Source of the DNA: Patescibacteria group bacterium
Lineage (GTDB): Bacteria > Patescibacteriota > UBA1384 > XYA2-FULL-43-10 > 1-14-0-10-43-13
Reading direction: 5' to 3'
Length of the DNA stretch: 64,000 nt
NCBI GenBank assembly: GCA_041649155.1
Contig: JBAZNP010000001.1
Span: forward strand, 3,581-67,580
In this document: one piece after another, positions 61,219 through 64,000 of the stretch
Position numbering within the stretch: position 1 is the stretch's first letter
Layout: each line of letters starts with the position of its first letter
Position numbers and translations under genes: made by a program
Notes under the pieces: model-generated
The model's input: only the letters and a program-made list of their open reading frames with translations
Told to the model about the DNA's origin: nothing
Databases searched by the model: none

Positions 61219-62112
61219 ATGATTGAAATTTTTAACGATGCCCTAATTGATACTCTTAAAATGGTTCCTCTGCTATTCATAATTTACGTGGTAATTGAAT
61301 TTATTGAGTACAAGTACAGCGTCAAATTAAAGGAGAGAGTCGAAAAGGCAGGCAATGCAGGGCCTACAATCGGCGCATTGGTCGGAGCGGTACCGCAATG
61401 CGGTTTTTCAGTTATTTCCTCGGCACTGTATACTCAAAGATTATTAACAATCGGCACCTTATTGGCCGTTTATCTCTCAACCTCAGATGAAGCAATCCCG
61501 ATAATATTGTCAGAACCCGGCAAAGCCAAGGTTGTCTTACCCTTAATCCTCACTAAAATAGTGCTGGCATTGTTTGCCGGATATGTCGTCGATTTATTTT
61601 ATCGTAAATCAAATAAAAAAGTCTTGAATCATATAGATAAATTTGATCGCCATGAATGTCATCATGATCATACAGTTGATGAAACTGCCTGCTGTGGCCA
61701 CGAATTAGGAGAGAAACCTAAAGTAAAAAATTTACTTATTCACCCCCTAATTCATACTGCAAAAATTTTCATGTTTATATTTTTAGTCACCTTATTGATA
61801 AATTATATCTTTTTCCGTGTAGGAGATGAGAATATTGCCAATTTCTTTTTAAGCCAATCTATTTTTCAGCCTGTTGTTGCCGCTCTAATCGGGTTAATCC
61901 CAAATTGTGCCGCATCGGTCGCCATTGCAGAACTATATTTAAAAGGAGCAATTTCTTATGGCTCTACAATTGCTGGCCTATCAGCAGGAGCGGGTTTAGG
62001 GCTTCTTGTTCTGTTTAAAGAAAACAAAAATCTAAAAAATACTCTTCTAATATTAGGCCTGCTCTTGTTTTTTAGTATAGGAGCCGGAATTTTGATTGAT
62101 ATGATTTTTTAA
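61219..62112 (+). CDS. Putative manganese/metal transporter family protein
   Basis: PQCGFS, LSTSDEA, GLIPNCAAS; His/Cys-rich loop HECHHDH..CCGH. Confidence 0.75.
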   Translation: MIEIFNDALIDTLKMVPLLFIIYVVIEFIEYKYSVKLKERVEKAGNAGPTIGALVGAVPQCGFSVISSALYTQRLLTIGTLLAVYLSTSDEAIPIILSEPGKAKVVLPLILTKIVLALFAGYVVDLFYRKSNKKVLNHIDKFDRHECHHDHTVDETACCGHELGEKPKVKNLLIHPLIHTAKIFMFIFLVTLLINYIFFRVGDENIANFFLSQSIFQPVVAALIGLIPNCAASVAIAELYLKGAISYGSTIAGLSAGAGLGLLVLFKENKNLKNTLLILGLLLFFSIGAGILIDMIF

Positions 62113-62276
62113 ACTTTTTTTCATCGTCATTGCGAGGTCGCCGTGGCGACCGTGGCAATATTTAGACAGATATTATTCAATATGTAAGTTACTCTAAAAA
62201 ATCACAAAATTTTTGTGATTTTTTGTTTATCGCCTATATAACAAGCGTTTATTTATAGCGTAATATTATGCGCGTA

Positions 62277-62405
62277 GATGGTATAAGGAGGCGAAATAGG
62301 ATCCCCCTCCCAAAGGATCGGAGACTAATAGCTGATACGATAGCTACGTTTATACCATCAACGGGCCATGGCCTCACCTGATCTTTCGGGTGAGGCCATT
62401 TTTTC
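62277..62405 (+). ncRNA. Candidate structured RNA plus terminator upstream of rsmH
   Basis: GATGGTATAA/TTATACCATC closing stem enclosing GGAGG/CCTCC and TAGCT/AGCTA hairpins, then ATGGCCTCACCTGA..TCGGGTGAGGCCAT-TTTTT. Confidence 0.5.
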
Positions 62406-62442
62406 TAGAAAAAAAATGAATTTTATGCTAAGATTATTAATC

Positions 62443-63504
62443 ATGAAACATATCCCCGTTTTAAAAAATGAAGTTTTGGAAGCGTTCAGCTATCTTAAAG
62501 ACGTCAAGAATAGCTTTTTTGTTGATGGTACGCTCGGATTAGCAGGCCACAGCTTGGCCATAGCCGAACAATTTAAAATTCAAAAAATAAAATTTAAAAT
62601 TATGGGTATCGATAAAGATAAAACTGCTTTGAGGTTAGCAAAAGAAAATATTGAAAATACAGGCTTTATAAATAATTTTTTATTTGTGCATGATGATTTT
62701 AAAAATATCGAAGAAATTTTAAAAAACTTGCGTCATTCCAGACCTGATCTGGAATCCAGAAATACCACAGGCAAACCAACTTCCTGGATCCCGGATCTCA
62801 AGCTTACAGTCCGTGATGATGAGTCTGATAATGGTAGCTTGATGATCAACGGAGCGCTAATTGATCTTGGTGTCTCATCGATGCAATTAGACGACAAAAA
62901 AAGAGGGTTTTCTTTTTCCGATCCAGAGGCAGCTTTGGACATGAGAATGGATCAAACTCAGGAGTTAAGTGCTTTTGATGTTTTAAATTACTATCCGCAA
63001 CTAAAACTGGAAAAAATATTCAAAGAATATGGAGAAGAAAAATTTTATAAAAATATCGCAAAAAATATTTGTAAAGACAGAAAGATCAAACCAATTGAAA
63101 AGGTCGGTGAACTCTTGGACATCTTAGAAATATCGATCCCAACCAAAATAAGAAAAACCAGTAAAAAACATTTTGCAACCGGAACTTTCAGAGCATTGCG
63201 GCTTGAGGTCAATCAGGAATTAACAAAACTTGATACGACACTTATGAATTTTATAAATGCTCTCAAAAAAGGTTCAAGGTTAGCTGTTATATCTTTTCAC
63301 TCAACTGAAGATAGAATCGTAAAGGAAACCTTTAGAAAAGCTGAAAATCCATGTGTCTGTCCTCCCTTAGCTCCAGTTTGCACATGTGAAAATGTTTCTG
63401 CCGTCAAGATAATAACCAAAAAGCCGATTATTCCGTCAGATCAGGAAATAGCAGAAAATCCTCGTTCTAGAAGCGCTAAATTAAGAATAATTGAAAAACT
63501 ATAA
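62443..63504 (+). CDS. rsmH: 16S rRNA m4C1402 methyltransferase
   Basis: HIPVL..EV, DGTLGLAGHS, DLGVSSMQLD..RGFSF, LDMRMD, ISFHS.EDRIVK, NPRSRSAKLR; start at MKHIP. Confidence 0.97.
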   Translation: MKHIPVLKNEVLEAFSYLKDVKNSFFVDGTLGLAGHSLAIAEQFKIQKIKFKIMGIDKDKTALRLAKENIENTGFINNFLFVHDDFKNIEEILKNLRHSRPDLESRNTTGKPTSWIPDLKLTVRDDESDNGSLMINGALIDLGVSSMQLDDKKRGFSFSDPEAALDMRMDQTQELSAFDVLNYYPQLKLEKIFKEYGEEKFYKNIAKNICKDRKIKPIEKVGELLDILEISIPTKIRKTSKKHFATGTFRALRLEVNQELTKLDTTLMNFINALKKGSRLAVISFHSTEDRIVKETFRKAENPCVCPPLAPVCTCENVSAVKIITKKPIIPSDQEIAENPRSRSAKLRIIEKL

Positions 63505-63590
63505 TTCAAATACCAAAAGTATATGAATTTAATGATTGGATATTTTATTAGAAATTAGAAATTGTTTTGCGACTAAGATCGTTAATTCAT

Positions 63591-64000
63591 ATGACCAAAA
63601 ATAAAAAACCAACATTATTACTTCACTCGTGTTGCGCACCCTGTACAACGGCAGTGTATGAAAAAATATGCAATAACTTTAATGCCACTCTGTTTTGGTT
63701 TAATCCCAACATCGAACCATTTTTAGAATACGAAAAACGTCTTGACGAACTTAAAAAGTTATCTAAGATACTTAAAATAGAATTAATAGTTGATGATAAA
63801 TATGCAGCCGAGAATCAGAATTGGAACCTTCTAGTTAGAAATTTTACCGACGAAAAAGAGGGTGGAAACAGATGCAGGCTTTGTATTAAAAGCCGGCTTT
63901 TAAGTACAGCAAAATATGGAAAAGATAATAATTTTGATTATTTTGCCACAACTTTAACAATTTCCCCTCATAAAAACTCTAAAATGATAAATGAAATTGG
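63591..64000 (+). CDS. queH: Epoxyqueuosine reductase QueH (partial, runs off the window)
   Basis: Manual translation: LLLHSCCAPC, FNPNI.P..EY.KR, EKEGGNRCRLC...RL, FATTLTISPHKN. Confidence 0.9.
   Translation, partial: MTKNKKPTLLLHSCCAPCTTAVYEKICNNFNATLFWFNPNIEPFLEYEKRLDELKKLSKILKIELIVDDKYAAENQNWNLLVRNFTDEKEGGNRCRLCIKSRLLSTAKYGKDNNFDYFATTLTISPHKNSKMINEI

Larger units (their letters stand above)
5528..62820. repeat. Dispersed GTCAT..GAT(C/T) palindromic (REP/dRS3-like) repeat family
   Basis: Intergenic copies at 5528-5554, 8520-8586, 9058-9128, 10676-10734, 17640-17682, 37704-37788, 39063-39171, 62126-62160; intragenic copies at 26907-26968, 29396-29451, 29706-29767, 62732-62820. Many are paired head-to-head. 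Confidence 0.85.

Noticed and set aside
62368-62442. N-terminal extension of rsmH in the ORF track
   Set aside because: It overlaps the terminator hairpin; the conserved protein begins at MKHIPV (62443).
7566-64000. Additional VRs for the DGR
   Set aside because: No second TR-like segment found by eye; a computational search is needed to exclude one.

Overview
AT-rich bacterial chromosome window. The gene set (PaaX-like protein, TGS-less ThrS, large NHL/FN3 surface protein) suggests a CPR/Patescibacteria genome; this is inference. Housekeeping genes: uvrA (partial), infC-rpmI-rplT, lspA/lgt/lepB, der, priA, galE, def-fmt fusion, rpsP-khpA-trmD, uvrB, rplY, miaB, thrS, glyA/dcd/thyX/dut-tmk, rnhB, tRNA-Val, tmRNA, rsmH, queH (partial). 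The clearest system is a complete diversity-generating retroelement (4443-7565): RT, an oppositely oriented avd, a 137-bp TR, and a GC-rich target gene whose VR differs from TR at 21 sites, all TR adenines. The RT carries an in-frame (GA)8 tract that could act as a phase-variation switch. Other notable signals: a PaaX/Cas2-like gene bracketed by two identical 40-bp direct repeats; a GIY-YIG gene bounded by inverted repeats between a T-box-like leader and thrS; palindromic elements inserted in frame in uvrB, miaB, rsmH and priA; an adjacent dockerin-GH5 and membrane-anchored cohesin pair; a possible invertible segment before a KAP-like NTPase; and several genes broken by a single lesion. Alignments and counts were done by eye; no database search was run.
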